Program-made: the position numbers and the translations under genes
Notes under the pieces: model-generated
Told to the model about the DNA's origin: nothing
What the model saw: only the letters and a program-made list of their open reading frames with translations
Database searches by the model: none
Assembly: GCA_963723985.1 (NCBI GenBank)
Contig: CAVRTC010000017.1
Span: forward strand, 94,108-158,107
DNA length: 64,000 nucleotides
Direction of reading: 5' to 3'
Source of the DNA: an uncultured Actinomycetes bacterium
Lineage (GTDB): Bacteria; Actinomycetota; Acidimicrobiia; IMCC26256; BP-133
Shown: piece by piece, positions 1-10,109 of the stretch
Position numbering within the stretch: the stretch's first letter is position 1
Layout of the letters: each line of letters begins with the position of its first letter

Positions 1-701
1 CCCCGCCGGGATCCCCCGTCCCTGGGAGCGCGGGCCGCAGCACGTAACCCTCGCCGCGTTCGGTGTGGACGAGGCGCCCCCCGAGCGCTTCGAGTTTCCT
101 CCGCAAGGCGCTGACATGGACCTCGACGAGGTTGCCCTGGTAGCCGTCGAATCCCCAGACGAGCGACAGCAACTGCGTCTTGGAGAAGACCCGTCCCGGT
201 TCCCGGGCGAGTACCACGAGCAACTCGAATTCCGTCTTCGTGAGAGCGAGATCCGTGCCGGCGCGCCGGGCGTTGCGGTTCGCCTCGTCGATGAAGAGGT
301 CGAACACCTCGTACGTAGGGGAGGTCAGGCGGCCCGCCCGGCGGAGCACCGCCCGCACCCGGGCCAGCAGCTCGGCGACGGCGAACGGTTTGACCAGGTA
401 GTCGTCGGCTCCGACTTCGAAGCCCCGCAGACGGTCGTCGAGATTGTCGGCGGCAGTCACGAACACGATCGGAAGATCGGCCATGGCCTTCAAGCGGGCG
501 GCCAGGGCGAATCCGTCGTCCCCCTCGGGGAGCCGGACGTCGAGGATGGCCATGTCGGGATGGAACTCGGCAACCGCGCCGGCGAGGCCGGACCCGTCGG
601 CGTCGGCCCACACCTCGTAGCCCGCCTGCCGCAGTGTGACGGTGACGGCCTCCCGCAGCGACGGGTCATCCTCGATGAACAACAGACGCGGGCGCGGTCA
701 T
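1..701 (-). CDS. OmpR/PhoB-family DNA-binding response regulator (runs off window edge; probable indel near start)
   Basis: Minus strand reads LLFIEDDPSLREAVTVTLRQAGYEV...ADDYLVKPF...RGEGYVLRP; the + ORF 65..709 is its antisense shadow. Confidence 0.9.
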
Positions 702-712
702 CCCCATAGACC

Positions 713-1277
713 CTATCCGCCTCTCCGGTTGGAGCGACCGGCGCCGACGCAGAGGCCGCCGAGGTGAAGAAGGCACCCGCCAGCGACCGCGGCGGTCACA
801 CCGCCGGTCGCCGGGAGGCGGCCGGACGGCGGTGGGGGCGGGTTGGGGCCCGGGCGGTGTGCGGTGGGCTCGTCTCCGGCGGCGCATGGCACCTCCGGTT
901 CGATCACGGGAGCCGGTTCGGGTATCGCCGGCGGTAGCGGCTGCGGAACGGTGCCTCGCCGGGTCTCCCGGAGACGGGCACTGCGCCGTCGGATGACGGG
1001 CCGTTGCCGTCCGGTTCGGCGACCGGAGCGGCGGGGAGGGGGCGGGCACCCGAGACCGGCGCCTCGCCGCCTCCGGATGACGGCGCATCGTCGGTTGGCA
1101 CCATCGTTGACGGTCGACAACCGCCAGACAGCCGCTGGCACCGTGAGACGTACACGCCGTCGCCTCGCGGAGGTCGGACAGTGGTGGCCGCAGCGGGCTC
1201 GGGGCCGAACGAGGCAGGCCCGACCAGGGCCAGGTGGGTGGTGGATCCGGCGGTTCAGCATCCCGGTGGAGGTTCAC
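713..1277 (-). CDS. Pro-rich surface protein with LPxTG-like sorting signal (frameshifted)
   Basis: C-terminus LPATGG + hydrophobic stretch + basic tail (RSNRRGG); N-terminal part split over frames. Confidence 0.5.
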
Positions 1278-1323
1278 GCAAGGAATCTCCGAGTCCTGCC
1301 CCCGAGTCGTCTTTCGTGTGATT

Positions 1324-1339
1324 CATCAGGTTTCTTCAG
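1324..1339. promoter_or_regulatory. Tandem direct repeat CATCAG-N4-CTTCAG, putative response-regulator box
   Basis: Same 10-bp-period repeat also at 5066-5081, 5233-5248 and 6363-6378, all intergenic. Confidence 0.5.
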
Positions 1340-1408
1340 CGAGGAGTTCTGTCCGGGACGCGGTATTTGATCGGGTGAAGACCGACATCGGACCTGCCCG
1401 TCGGGAGG

Positions 1409-2681
1409 ATGGACCGTGACGTTCACTTCATGCCAGCCGTTCGCGTCGTTCGTCGATCACGGCGGCGGCCCTCGCCGGCTGCCGTGACCCTGTCGGGATT
1501 CTCCCCGGCGAGCGCCGCGCCCGGCGTGTCCGTTCAGGCCGACGGCGGGACGTGGGGGACAGGCCCGGCGCCGAACGGCCGGGCGCAGCTCGCCACCGCG
1601 GTGGTCGAGACAGGCGGCCGGGCGTACATCGGCGGGGCCTTCACCAAGATGGTGCCGCCCGGCGGCGGCAGCAAGCGTGACCCGCAACCGCCTCGCCGCC
1701 TTCGACGTGAACCGAAAGACGCTCCTGCCCTGGAATCCCAGGGCCAACGGCGCCGTCCGCGCCCTGGAGCTCAACCGCTCGAAGACGGGCGGTGTACGTC
1801 GGCGGCGATTTCAGCGCCATCGGGGGGAAGTCCGTCCCGAAGCTCGCGCTGGTGGATCTGGCCTCCGGCCGGGTCGACCCACGGTTCCGGCCGGCGGTGA
1901 AGGGCCGCGTCCGCAGCATCGCCCTGGCCGGCGACCGCCTGTACGTCGGCGGCGACTTCACCCGCGTGGGCAGCTCGGCCCGGGCCAAGGTCGCCGCCCT
2001 CGATCCCGACGACCGGGGCGGTACTCGATGGGCAGCCGCCGGTGCTGGGCGCCGGCCGCTACCTCGGCCAGACCGGTGTCCCGACAGCCGATGCACCGGC
2101 CGGTCACGTGTACGGGCTGGCCGTGACGGCGGACGGCCGCCGCGTCTACGTCGGCTGGCAACTTCACCGACTTCGCCGGGCAGGGCGGCCTGGTGGTCCT
2201 CGACGCCGCCACCGGCGCGCCGCTGCCCAAGCAGTGGAAGGTCGGGCGCCCGATCTTCGACCTTACAGTGTGGCCCGGCGACGGGCAGACCGTCTTCGCC
2301 GCCGCCGGCGGACCCGGGGGACGGCTCTACGCCTTCGATCCGGACCGGCCGACGAAACCGAAGTGGCAGGCCGCCGTCGACGGCGACGCCGTGGGCGTGG
2401 CCGCCTCGACCACCCAGGTCTTCCTGTTGGGCCACTACGACTACATCGTCCCCAAGGGATCGACCTGCTACCAGTACTGCCCGAACGGCACGAGCCGGCG
2501 CCACCTGGCCGCCTTCGACGCTGCCACCGGAGCACTGGACGGCTGGAACCCTCGGGCCAACACAAGTACCGGGCCCTGGGGGGCAGCGGTAACCGCCGAC
2601 CATCTGCTCGTGGTGGGAGAGTTCACCACCATCAACGGCCAGCGCCGGCCGGGCTACGCCCAGTTCGCCCGGAGTTCGTGA
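1409..2681 (+). CDS. Secreted beta-propeller repeat protein (frameshifted)
   Basis: Repeated YVGGDF / LAAFD..TG..W.P blades across ORFs 1409, 1677, 1792, 2042 and 2193. Confidence 0.75.
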
Positions 2682-2682
2682 A

Positions 2683-4975
2683 CTACGAGCGGCCAGCGGA
2701 GGTCGCCGCCCGCAACGCTCCCTCGAGCTCATGACCGAGGTCCACGGCGTCGAGCGGTTCTGTGGCCGGTCCGAACCGGACGACGAGCGTCATCCCGCTG
2801 GGAAACCGCAATGAGCCTCCGTATCCCACCGACTGGCCAATGGCCGCATACTGCCTCACCCCGTCGGCGCTAGTGCCGCAGGGACAGAAAGGCCACATCG
2901 ACAGCGCCATGTTCTTGTCGTCCAGGGTGGTGAGCTGGCGCACATCCGCCGCCGGCAGAACCCGGCCCGGCGTGAACAACGCGTCACCCCAGCGGGCCAG
3001 ATCGTGCAGAGTCGAGATGATCCCACCGGAGGAGAACCCCGGCCACCCGGGCCCGCCGGGACCCGAGCCGCGTACTGCGGAGCCCCTGGGCCCGGAAAAC
3101 GCCGGCGAGGAGGTCTGCGTAGGACCGGCCGGTGACCTCCTCGAGGAGCAGCCCGAGATAGTGGAAGTTGCTGTTCGAGTAGTGCACCTCGGCGCCGGGC
3201 GCACTCTGGAGCCCGGCGCCGAGGGCCAACTGGACCGCCTCCCGGGCGTCGAGCGGCCGGGACCCGTCGAAGCCGGGCGCAGCGCTGTACTCGACAAGCC
3301 CCGACGTGTGTTCGAGAAGCTGGCGGATGGTGATCCGAGCCGCGTCACCGGTGGGGTGGAGTCCGTCGAGGGGAGGTACTGGCCCGTCCAGCGAGAGCCG
3401 ACCGTTCTTGACCTCGTGGAGGACGAGTGCCGTCGTGAACGTCTTGGTCATGCTGAGCGCGCCGAACTCCTCGTCCGGCATCAGCCGGGCTGCGGAGCCG
3501 TCCGTGTGAGCGCTGCCCGTCCAGATCCGACCGTGGATGGCGACGCCCACCGACACGGCGTCGACGCCGGTCTGACCGGCCAGCCAGCGCTCGAGCGTCT
3601 CCTCCAACCGGGCTTGCGCAGGGTCGACGCGCCCCAGTGGGGCGAACTCGCCGGCCGGCACCCGCCGGGCCGCGAACGCGTCGTTGGCCAGCGCCGCCCG
3701 GAAGGAGGGCGGTCGCGGTGGGCTGAAGATCGAGGCGGCCCCCGCCGGGTCGCCGTCGGCCACCGGAACCACCAGCGACGGCGCCATCATGGCCAGCGCG
3801 GTGGCGACCGACGGTACGACGGCCGCCAAGCCGGCCGCTCGTGTACGAACCTCGCGGGCGCCTCGGCCGCGCCCGCTCCGGGCGGTAGGTGAACGGCGTG
3901 CCGCCAGGTCCTCGACCCACCCCAGCGCGGCGACGGCGATGATCGTCGAGGCCGCCGTGAGCGCAATCACCAACACGGCCGGGACCGGCCACTGCTGCAC
4001 CACGCTCATCCTAGGGAACCGGTCCGAACCCTTGAGCACGGCGTAGGCCATCACGATGGCGGCAGGATGCCACAGGTAGATGGTCACGGCCCGGCGGGTC
4101 ACCGCCGCCGTCAACCGGCGGGTGCGTGGCCGTTCGGCGAGGCGGCGGATCGGCCCCTCCGCCGCGCCGGCGGCCAGCAGCCAGGTGACGCCGGTCAACG
4201 CCACGACGCCGTAGGAGTCGTTCACTCCTCCGGCCGGCAGTCCGGCGAAGACTACATAGAGGATGGTGGCGGCGCAGGCGGCGGCGGCGCCGGCGGCCAG
4301 CAGGCGGACGGGAGGGCGGACACGGCGGCGGCGATACACCATGCCGAGCACCACGAAGCCCCCGTAGGTCAAGGCATCTCCCACCAGGACACCCGTCGTA
4401 CCGGAACCGACGATGGGGACGTGGGCCCGATCGCACACCTCCAGAGCGACGATCGCCAGACCGAGGGCCGGGAACGTCCGAGCCGCCCGCCGCGCCAGGA
4501 CGGCCAGTACGGGGACGAGCAGGAGAATCCACAGGTAGGCCCGCAGGTACCACAGATGGGTCGACAGCCATCCGCCGTGCCACTCCGCCCAGGCTGGGTC
4601 GACGAGCGGAACGATCCACGTGACAGCGTTCCCCAGCGCGGCGGGGGCCGACGAGAGCGTGTGCCAACCGGGAGGCTCCCGCAGGAGGCCGGCGGCGGCG
4701 ACCACGGCGCCATAGACCCACAGCGGGAGCAGCAGCCGGCGGGCCCGGCGCCGCACGAGCGCCCGGTGCGACGCTGCTCCCGAGGGCGGTTCGAGGAGGG
4801 TTCCGGCCACGAAGAACATGACCGGCATCGCAGCGAAGAACGTCATCCACGAGGCGGCGAAGGCATGCCATAACAACACGCGGCCGAGGGCGACGGTGCG
4901 CAGCAGGTCGAGTGCGTCGTCGCGACGGATGTCTGCGGCGGGACGCGACGGAATGACGGAGGGATCCAGTTCCAT
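2683..4975 (-). CDS. Acyltransferase-3 membrane domain fused to beta-lactamase-fold (SxxK) serine hydrolase
   Basis: N-terminal RDDALDLLR, MPVMFFVAG, HLWYL, TIYLWH; C-terminal SMTK, LLEHTSG, YSNSNF; one indel near 3045. Confidence 0.85.
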
Positions 4976-5065
4976 GAGTTCATCGGCGGGCGAAACGCCG
5001 CAGCGGCGGCAGGCGCCCGCCGATGAAGCTAACAAGCCGGGGGACCGCCTCGGTGTTCACCAATC

Positions 5066-5081
5066 CTGAAGTGTGCTGAAA
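5066..5081. promoter_or_regulatory. Tandem direct repeat CTGAAG-N4-CTGAAA
   Basis: Copy of the box family at 1324, 5233 and 6363. Confidence 0.5.
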
Positions 5082-5134
5082 AAGCTCCCTGATCGGTGCG
5101 GTGGATCAGAGCCGCCGCAGACGTTTGGTGTGGC

Positions 5135-5177
5135 GCACCGAGCCACGGCGGGCAGGGGGGATTGCGTGGCTCGGTGC
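5135..5177 (-). other. 13-bp stem hairpin with C-rich loop (terminator or 6C-like sRNA)
   Basis: GCACCGAGCCACG / CGTGGCTCGGTGC; loop on the minus strand contains CCCCCC. Confidence 0.45.
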
Positions 5178-5232
5178 TCCACCACCTGGTAGTTCGACAG
5201 GATGAGCCATCCGGCCCTTGCCGTGTTGGTTC

Positions 5233-5248
5233 TTTCAGCGAGATTCAG
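5233..5248. promoter_or_regulatory. Tandem direct repeat TTTCAG-N4-ATTCAG
   Basis: Copy of the box family. Confidence 0.45.
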
Positions 5249-5266
5249 CCGGGACGTCTGGTTGCC

Positions 5267-6310
5267 TCAGCGAGGAGCGTTGTGGAACCAGGGATCGTGG
5301 GCCAAGTTCCTGGAGGCCTCGAGGGCGGACTCTGACGTGGTCAGCCGCCAGTCGTAGTCCTTGTTGCTGTTGAAGTAGACGATGGCTCGCAGCCGGGGGA
5401 AGTCGGTCTTGATCGCGTGCCGGGCGTCGGCGATCCATTGTGCCTTCTCGCCCGGATGGCGCTCCTGGACGCCGAACTCGCCGATCATGATCGGCTTGTC
5501 GTGGAGGGTCGCCCAGGCGTAGAAGCCGCCGAAGATGTCCTTGAACGATCGGTAGTCGTCTCCCGGGCGGCCAGGCGCCCAGTTGTAGCCGTCGGCACAC
5601 GTCCAATCGACGAAGTCGTCACCCGGATAGAACTTCTGGGCCTCGCCGTCGTTGAAGGCCGATGCATTGGGGCACCAGACCCAGTCGACATTGTCGGCGC
5701 CTCCGGCCCGGAACAGGGTGACGATACGTCGCCAGGCCGCGACGTAGTCGCCGGGCGCGCCGGCGAAGTCCGCCTTCTTGTTGCCGTCCATCTCCCAGAA
5801 CCAGCGGATGAGGACGGGCCGACCGAGCGCCCTGGTGTCGCGCGCCCGTTGTCGGATCAGGCTGTCATGACGGCCGGCAGCGATGGCGGCTGTCGTCACG
5901 TCCCGGCCGTTCCAGCTGATCAGCGGGATGCGGCCCGCCTCGAGGTCCCACCGCTCGGTCTCGGTCGGAAATGGCTCATCCCAGGGATAGAAGTTGTGGT
6001 TGATGTCAAGCGTGCGGCCGAGTCTCTGCTCGAGCTCTTCGACCACCAATCTCTCCGCCACCGAACCGCGACGGTCGGGACTGGTGCTGGCGCCGAGGAG
6101 GACACCTTGTCCTCGTGCGGCGGGCGCGGTCGTCGTCGTCGTGGTGGCCGTTGTGGGTGCCGCGAGGGGCGGTTCAATGGGGAGGTCGGTATCCTGGGAT
6201 GTCTTCGGCGCCATGAGGACCGCGCCGAAGAGGCCGACCGTAAGGATCACCACGGCAGCGCTGGACGCGCTCCGGCCGGACGCGTCAGATCGATTCCGGT
6301 TCCACCGCAT
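5267..6310 (-). CDS. Glycoside hydrolase family 26 (mannanase-like), membrane-anchored/secreted
   Basis: IRWFWEMDG (acid/base Glu), YPGDDFVDW, ADGYNW, IMIGEFG (nucleophile Glu). Confidence 0.9.
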   Translation of the reverse strand: MRWNRNRSDASGRSASSAAVVILTVGLFGAVLMAPKTSQDTDLPIEPPLAAPTTATTTTTTAPAARGQGVLLGASTSPDRRGSVAERLVVEELEQRLGRTLDINHNFYPWDEPFPTETERWDLEAGRIPLISWNGRDVTTAAIAAGRHDSLIRQRARDTRALGRPVLIRWFWEMDGNKKADFAGAPGDYVAAWRRIVTLFRAGGADNVDWVWCPNASAFNDGEAQKFYPGDDFVDWTCADGYNWAPGRPGDDYRSFKDIFGGFYAWATLHDKPIMIGEFGVQERHPGEKAQWIADARHAIKTDFPRLRAIVYFNSNKDYDWRLTTSESALEASRNLAHDPWFHNAPR

Positions 6311-6362
6311 GTCACTCTGATCTTGACGGTGGCGGCTCCCGCACCTGCGCGAAACCGGAAGT

Positions 6363-6378
6363 CTTCAGGTCTCTTCAG
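6363..6378. promoter_or_regulatory. Tandem direct repeat CTTCAG-N4-CTTCAG upstream of GH26
   Basis: Perfect copy of the box family. Confidence 0.55.
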
Positions 6379-6566
6379 TCAGCCCGGACCTCGACGCCGG
6401 TCGCTGGAATCTTCGGTGACGCCATCCAGGCGGTGTCCGGCGATGCCAGGGGTTCCCCGCCACGACGTCGTCACGCCGGGGTCCAGGTCGCGAATCGATC
6501 GCGGTTTGGTCACAATCCGCCCCCGATCCTCCAGTCGGTCGGGAATCGCCTCCGATACGTCGAAGA

Positions 6567-6595
6567 GGTTTCTCGTACCCGGAACGACAGGGCAC
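6567..6595 (+). promoter_or_regulatory. Possible SigB/SigF-type stress promoter
   Basis: GGTTT-N18-GGGCAC upstream of RBS GAGGAGG; spacer slightly longer than usual. Confidence 0.35.
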
Positions 6596-6614
6596 CCACC
6601 GAGGAGGGCGAGAC

Positions 6615-6815
6615 GTGACTACGACGAGAGGCCCGTCCCACCTGGGTGAGCTCGAAGGCCGACAGGTCAGCGTGGCGCTCGATGACGGGTCACGGATCGT
6701 CGACTGCCAGCTGGTCTCGTTCGGGCGGCACAACGTGGCGACCGTCTGGCTCGTCGCCGATGGCGCCGACGTGTTCATCCCTGTCGACCGGGTGGTCGAC
6801 ATTTGGGAGGTGTAG
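6615..6815 (+). CDS. Small hypothetical protein, possible Sm-like fold
   Basis: Good RBS, 66 aa, stop 2 nt before the next ATG; pattern LEGRQVSVALDDG...LVS...WL...VFIP..RVVDIW. Confidence 0.75.
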   Translation: MTTTRGPSHLGELEGRQVSVALDDGSRIVDCQLVSFGRHNVATVWLVADGADVFIPVDRVVDIWEV

Positions 6816-6817
6816 CG

Positions 6818-8208
6818 ATGCCGGCGATGCAGGACGTTGCGATCACACCCCTGCCGATCGACTGGCTCGGTGCCGTCATCGGAACCGACCGCCTCAGGGG
6901 CGTCCGGCGTTCCCTCATGCGCCTCCGGCGTCTCCTCGGCGACCGAACCGTGTGGACGGTCAACTCGACCGCGACCGGGGGAGGCGTGGCCGAAATGCTG
7001 CCCCGGGTCCTCGGCTATCAGTGGGCGGCCGGGATCCGCGCTCCCTGGATGGTGATCGGCGGCGACGAAGCGTTCTTCACCCTCACAAAACGGGTCCACC
7101 ATTGCCTGCCCGGCACTACCGCAACGTGATCGCCGCCAACGCCGAGACGCTCCTCGGCCGCGTCCGCCCGGGCGACATCGCTGTCCTCCACGATCCGCAG
7201 GTCGCCGCTTTGGCCGGGCCGCTGCGGGCGGCCGGCCTGACCACGATCTGGCGGTGCCACGTCGGGGCTGATGTGCGCAACGATTACACACAGGCAGCCT
7301 GGGACTTCCTGAGGCCGTATCTGGAGCCGGTCGACGCCTTCGTCTTCTCCCGGCCGGAGTACGCACCGGTTCCCCTGCACGACGGGCGAGTCCGGATCTG
7401 CCCGCCGACCATCGACCCCCTGTCGCCCAAGAACCAGCCACTCGCATCGCACGAGGTGATCGGTATCGCCTCCCGGATCGGTTTGGTGGCGGCCGACGAC
7501 GCGGCCGGCGCTGCCCAGTCGGCTGCCATGCGGCGGATCCGCGGCGCGGCCAGCATCACCCGGCTCGGAGCGCCGATCCCCACCGACAGCCCACTCATCG
7601 TCCAGGTGTCCCGCTGGGACCCGCTCAAGGATCCGATCGGTATGATTGACGCGTTCGTCCGCCTCGACCTCGACCGCCACGGCTGCCACCTGGCGCTGGT
7701 CGGCCCGGACGTATCGGGCGTCACGGACGACCCCGAGGGCCAAGCGGTGCTGGCGGCGTGTGTCGCCACCTGGGAAGCACTTCCGCCCCGGGAGCGGGCC
7801 CGCATCCACCTCGTGTCCCTGCCCATGGACGACCCCGTCGAGAATGCCCTGATGGTCAACGCCATTCAGCGCCACGCCACCATCGTCGTGCAGAAAAGCC
7901 TCGCCGAAGGGTTCGGGCTCACCGTCACGGAGGCGATGTGGAAAGCCCGGCCGGTGGTCGCCAGCGCCGTCGGCGGGATCCGGGACCAGATCGACGACGG
8001 CGTCCACGGGTACCTGCTGCACGACCCGGCCGACCGCGACAAGCTCGCCGCCGTACTCACCAGCCTGCTCGACGCGCCTCGAGCCGCGACGGACCGCCTC
8101 GGCCAGCGGGCGAAGGCCCGCGTCCGGGCCGAGTTCCTCGACGACCGCCAGCTGCTCGACTGGGCGGAGCTACTGGACGTCGTCCTCGCCGGCCACCAAG
8201 CCGCCTGA
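6818..8208 (+). CDS. treT: Trehalose synthase-like glycosyltransferase (GT4, TreT-like), frameshifted near 7100
   Basis: VNSTATGGGVAEML, LHDPQ, IWRCH, QVSRWDPLKDP, QKSLAEGFGLTVTEAMWK. Confidence 0.85.
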
Positions 8209-8385
8209 GCAGTCAGGGCCCCGCGGCCAGGTTGCGGGAAAGGGAGCTCGATCCCGGCGTCGTCGAAGGCGCGCTTCAACCGGTGGCGCAGTCTCCACGC
8301 CCCACACCTCCGGTGGGGTGAGGATCCGGTCACTCCAGTCGGGATCAGCTGCCATGCCGTCCGCCACGGTCTGTATCAAGGCCAT
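8206..8385 (-). pseudogene. Remnant of MscS-family channel C-terminus
   Basis: DPDWSDRILTPPEVWGVE joined out of frame to LRHRLKRAFDDAGIELPFPQ; TM region and internal segment absent. Confidence 0.65.
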
Positions 8386-8427
8386 GACCCCCGACAGATC
8401 AGCGGCTACCGGGCCGAGGGTTCGCCG

Positions 8428-8736
8428 TCAGGGTCGCTCTGCCGCTCGCCTCCCGGCGTAGGCTCGGAGGACCGCCTGCCGACCGGTCCGGCCTTCGGCC
8501 CGGAGGGTGACCCGGTCCAGTGCCCGCCATGCCGGCCGTCGAAAGAGCAATAGTGCTGCGGCTTCCGGTGTCATGGATTCCACGGCGTCGAGATCAATGC
8601 GGACCGCATGGCCGTCGTTGGCGGCAGCGGCGGTGAAGTGGAGCAGATTCAGCGCCGCCGCTTCGTCCAACGGACCCCACACCTCGAGGATGGAGACGGA
8701 GCCTTCCATCCGCACCCGAAACTGGACCCTACCCAC
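8428..8736 (-). CDS. STAS-like domain protein (copy 1)
   Basis: LEVWGPLD...VRIDLDAVESMT; GTG overlaps upstream stop by 8 nt, as in copy 2. Confidence 0.75.
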   Translation of the reverse strand: MGRVQFRVRMEGSVSILEVWGPLDEAAALNLLHFTAAAANDGHAVRIDLDAVESMTPEAAALLLFRRPAWRALDRVTLRAEGRTGRQAVLRAYAGRRAAERP

Positions 8737-9028
8737 GACCGATGCTCCGACAGCGACGACACGGGTCGCTGTGGAGTGAGACCCGGAGCAGCCGGGTGCC
8801 ATGAGGGTCCAGCTCGACCGTGAAGGAGGAGCGGGACTCGTCGAGCTCGAGGCGGTGGTACTCCGCCCACAGCGCGGGAACCGCCAGGCTCACCGGTGCA
8901 CCATGTGGCACGCGCCGGAATCGGTGCGAGGCCCCGTCGAAGATCCAGGTCGACGAACAGGATTCCAGCACCTGGAGTCCCGCCATGTCCGTCCGGCCGG
9001 AAAGCGCCGACCCCACATTCTCGATCAT
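8729..9028 (-). CDS. Unknown Cys/His protein (copy 1)
   Basis: ESCS.WIFDG...LH.DPCxxC; paralog at 12159. Confidence 0.8.
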   Translation of the reverse strand: MIENVGSALSGRTDMAGLQVLESCSSTWIFDGASHRFRRVPHGAPVSLAVPALWAEYHRLELDESRSSFTVELDPHGTRLLRVSLHSDPCRRCRSIGRG

Positions 9029-9076
9029 CCATGTCTCCGATGTAGGCGGACCTCCGAAGAGAATCCACCTTCCGCT

Positions 9077-9115
9077 CCGCGAACAGGACTCCGTTTCCTT
9101 GCAGTTCGATGACGA
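9077..9115 (-). promoter_or_regulatory. 39-bp conserved upstream box, copy 1
   Basis: TCGTCATCGAACTGCAAGGAAACGGAGTCCTGTTCGCGG. Confidence 0.75.
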
Positions 9116-9158
9116 CTTCTCTCCGAGCGGTAGTGCCCGCTGCTAGCTTTCGGGTGGC

Positions 9159-10109
9159 GTGCCGGGAAGACTGGTCGGCGAAGGTCTGACGCGGAGGTCC
9201 GTCGTGCCGGTCGTGTCCGTCCCGGACATCGTGGTCGAAGCGAGGCAACTCACCAAGCACTTCGGTCCGGTTGTGGCCGTTGACGACCTCACCTTCGACG
9301 TCCGCCGTGGCGAGGTCTTCGGCTTCCTCGGCCCGAACGGGGCTGGAAAGACGACCACGATCCGGCTCTGTCTTGATCTGGTGAGGCCGACCTCCGGTTC
9401 GGTACGAGTCCTTGGTGGAGCCGGGCGAGACCTGAGGGTGCGCCGCCGGATCGGGTACCTGCCCGGCGATCTCCGGCTCGATCCCCGCTACACGGCAACC
9501 GAGGTGATCGCCTTTTTCGGCGCTCTTCGCGGTGGAGTTGACGAAGCGACCGTCAGGCAGCTCCTCGATCAGTTCGACCTCGATCCGACGCGGCCCCTGG
9601 GAGAGCTCAGCACCGGTAACCGGCGCAAGGTGGGTATCGTCGCCGCCTTCGCCCACCGTCCCGACCTGCTCATTCTCGACGAGCCAACGGCGGGCCTGGA
9701 TCCGTTGCTGCAATACGAGTTCCAGCAGGTGCTCCGCCAGGCGGTGGAGGGCGGCGCCACGGTGTTTCTCTCCTCGCACATCCTCCCCGAGGTCGAAGTG
9801 CTGGCCGACCGGGTCGGGATCCTGCGTCGCGGTCAGCTCGTCGCCGTGGCTGGCATCGATGAACTCCGGGCGCAAGCCCGGCAGCGGATCGACTTCCATG
9901 TCGCAGGTACGGCCGATCCCACCGCCTTCGGCGGCCTCCCCGAGATCGTGTCGCTCACCACCGCCGACGGCCTCGTGCGGGTCGTCGTCGAAGGGAGCGT
10001 CGACCGGGTGCTCAAGGCTGCGTCCGACCTTGAGGTACGGCGGATCGTGACCCACGAAGCCGACCTGGAGGAGGTATTTCTCGGCTACTACCGGAACGAC
10101 GTGACATGA
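9159..10109 (+). CDS. ABC-2 type exporter ATP-binding protein
   Basis: GPNGAGKTT, LSTGN signature variant, LILDEPT, SSH. Confidence 0.95.
   Translation: MPGRLVGEGLTRRSVVPVVSVPDIVVEARQLTKHFGPVVAVDDLTFDVRRGEVFGFLGPNGAGKTTTIRLCLDLVRPTSGSVRVLGGAGRDLRVRRRIGYLPGDLRLDPRYTATEVIAFFGALRGGVDEATVRQLLDQFDLDPTRPLGELSTGNRRKVGIVAAFAHRPDLLILDEPTAGLDPLLQYEFQQVLRQAVEGGATVFLSSHILPEVEVLADRVGILRRGQLVAVAGIDELRAQARQRIDFHVAGTADPTAFGGLPEIVSLTTADGLVRVVVEGSVDRVLKAASDLEVRRIVTHEADLEEVFLGYYRNDVT

Noticed and set aside
9077-9115. 39-bp box as a riboswitch or LexA box
   Set aside because: The hairpin possible in copy 1 is broken, not compensated, in copies 2 and 3; GAAC-GTTC spacing is 19 nt, not 4
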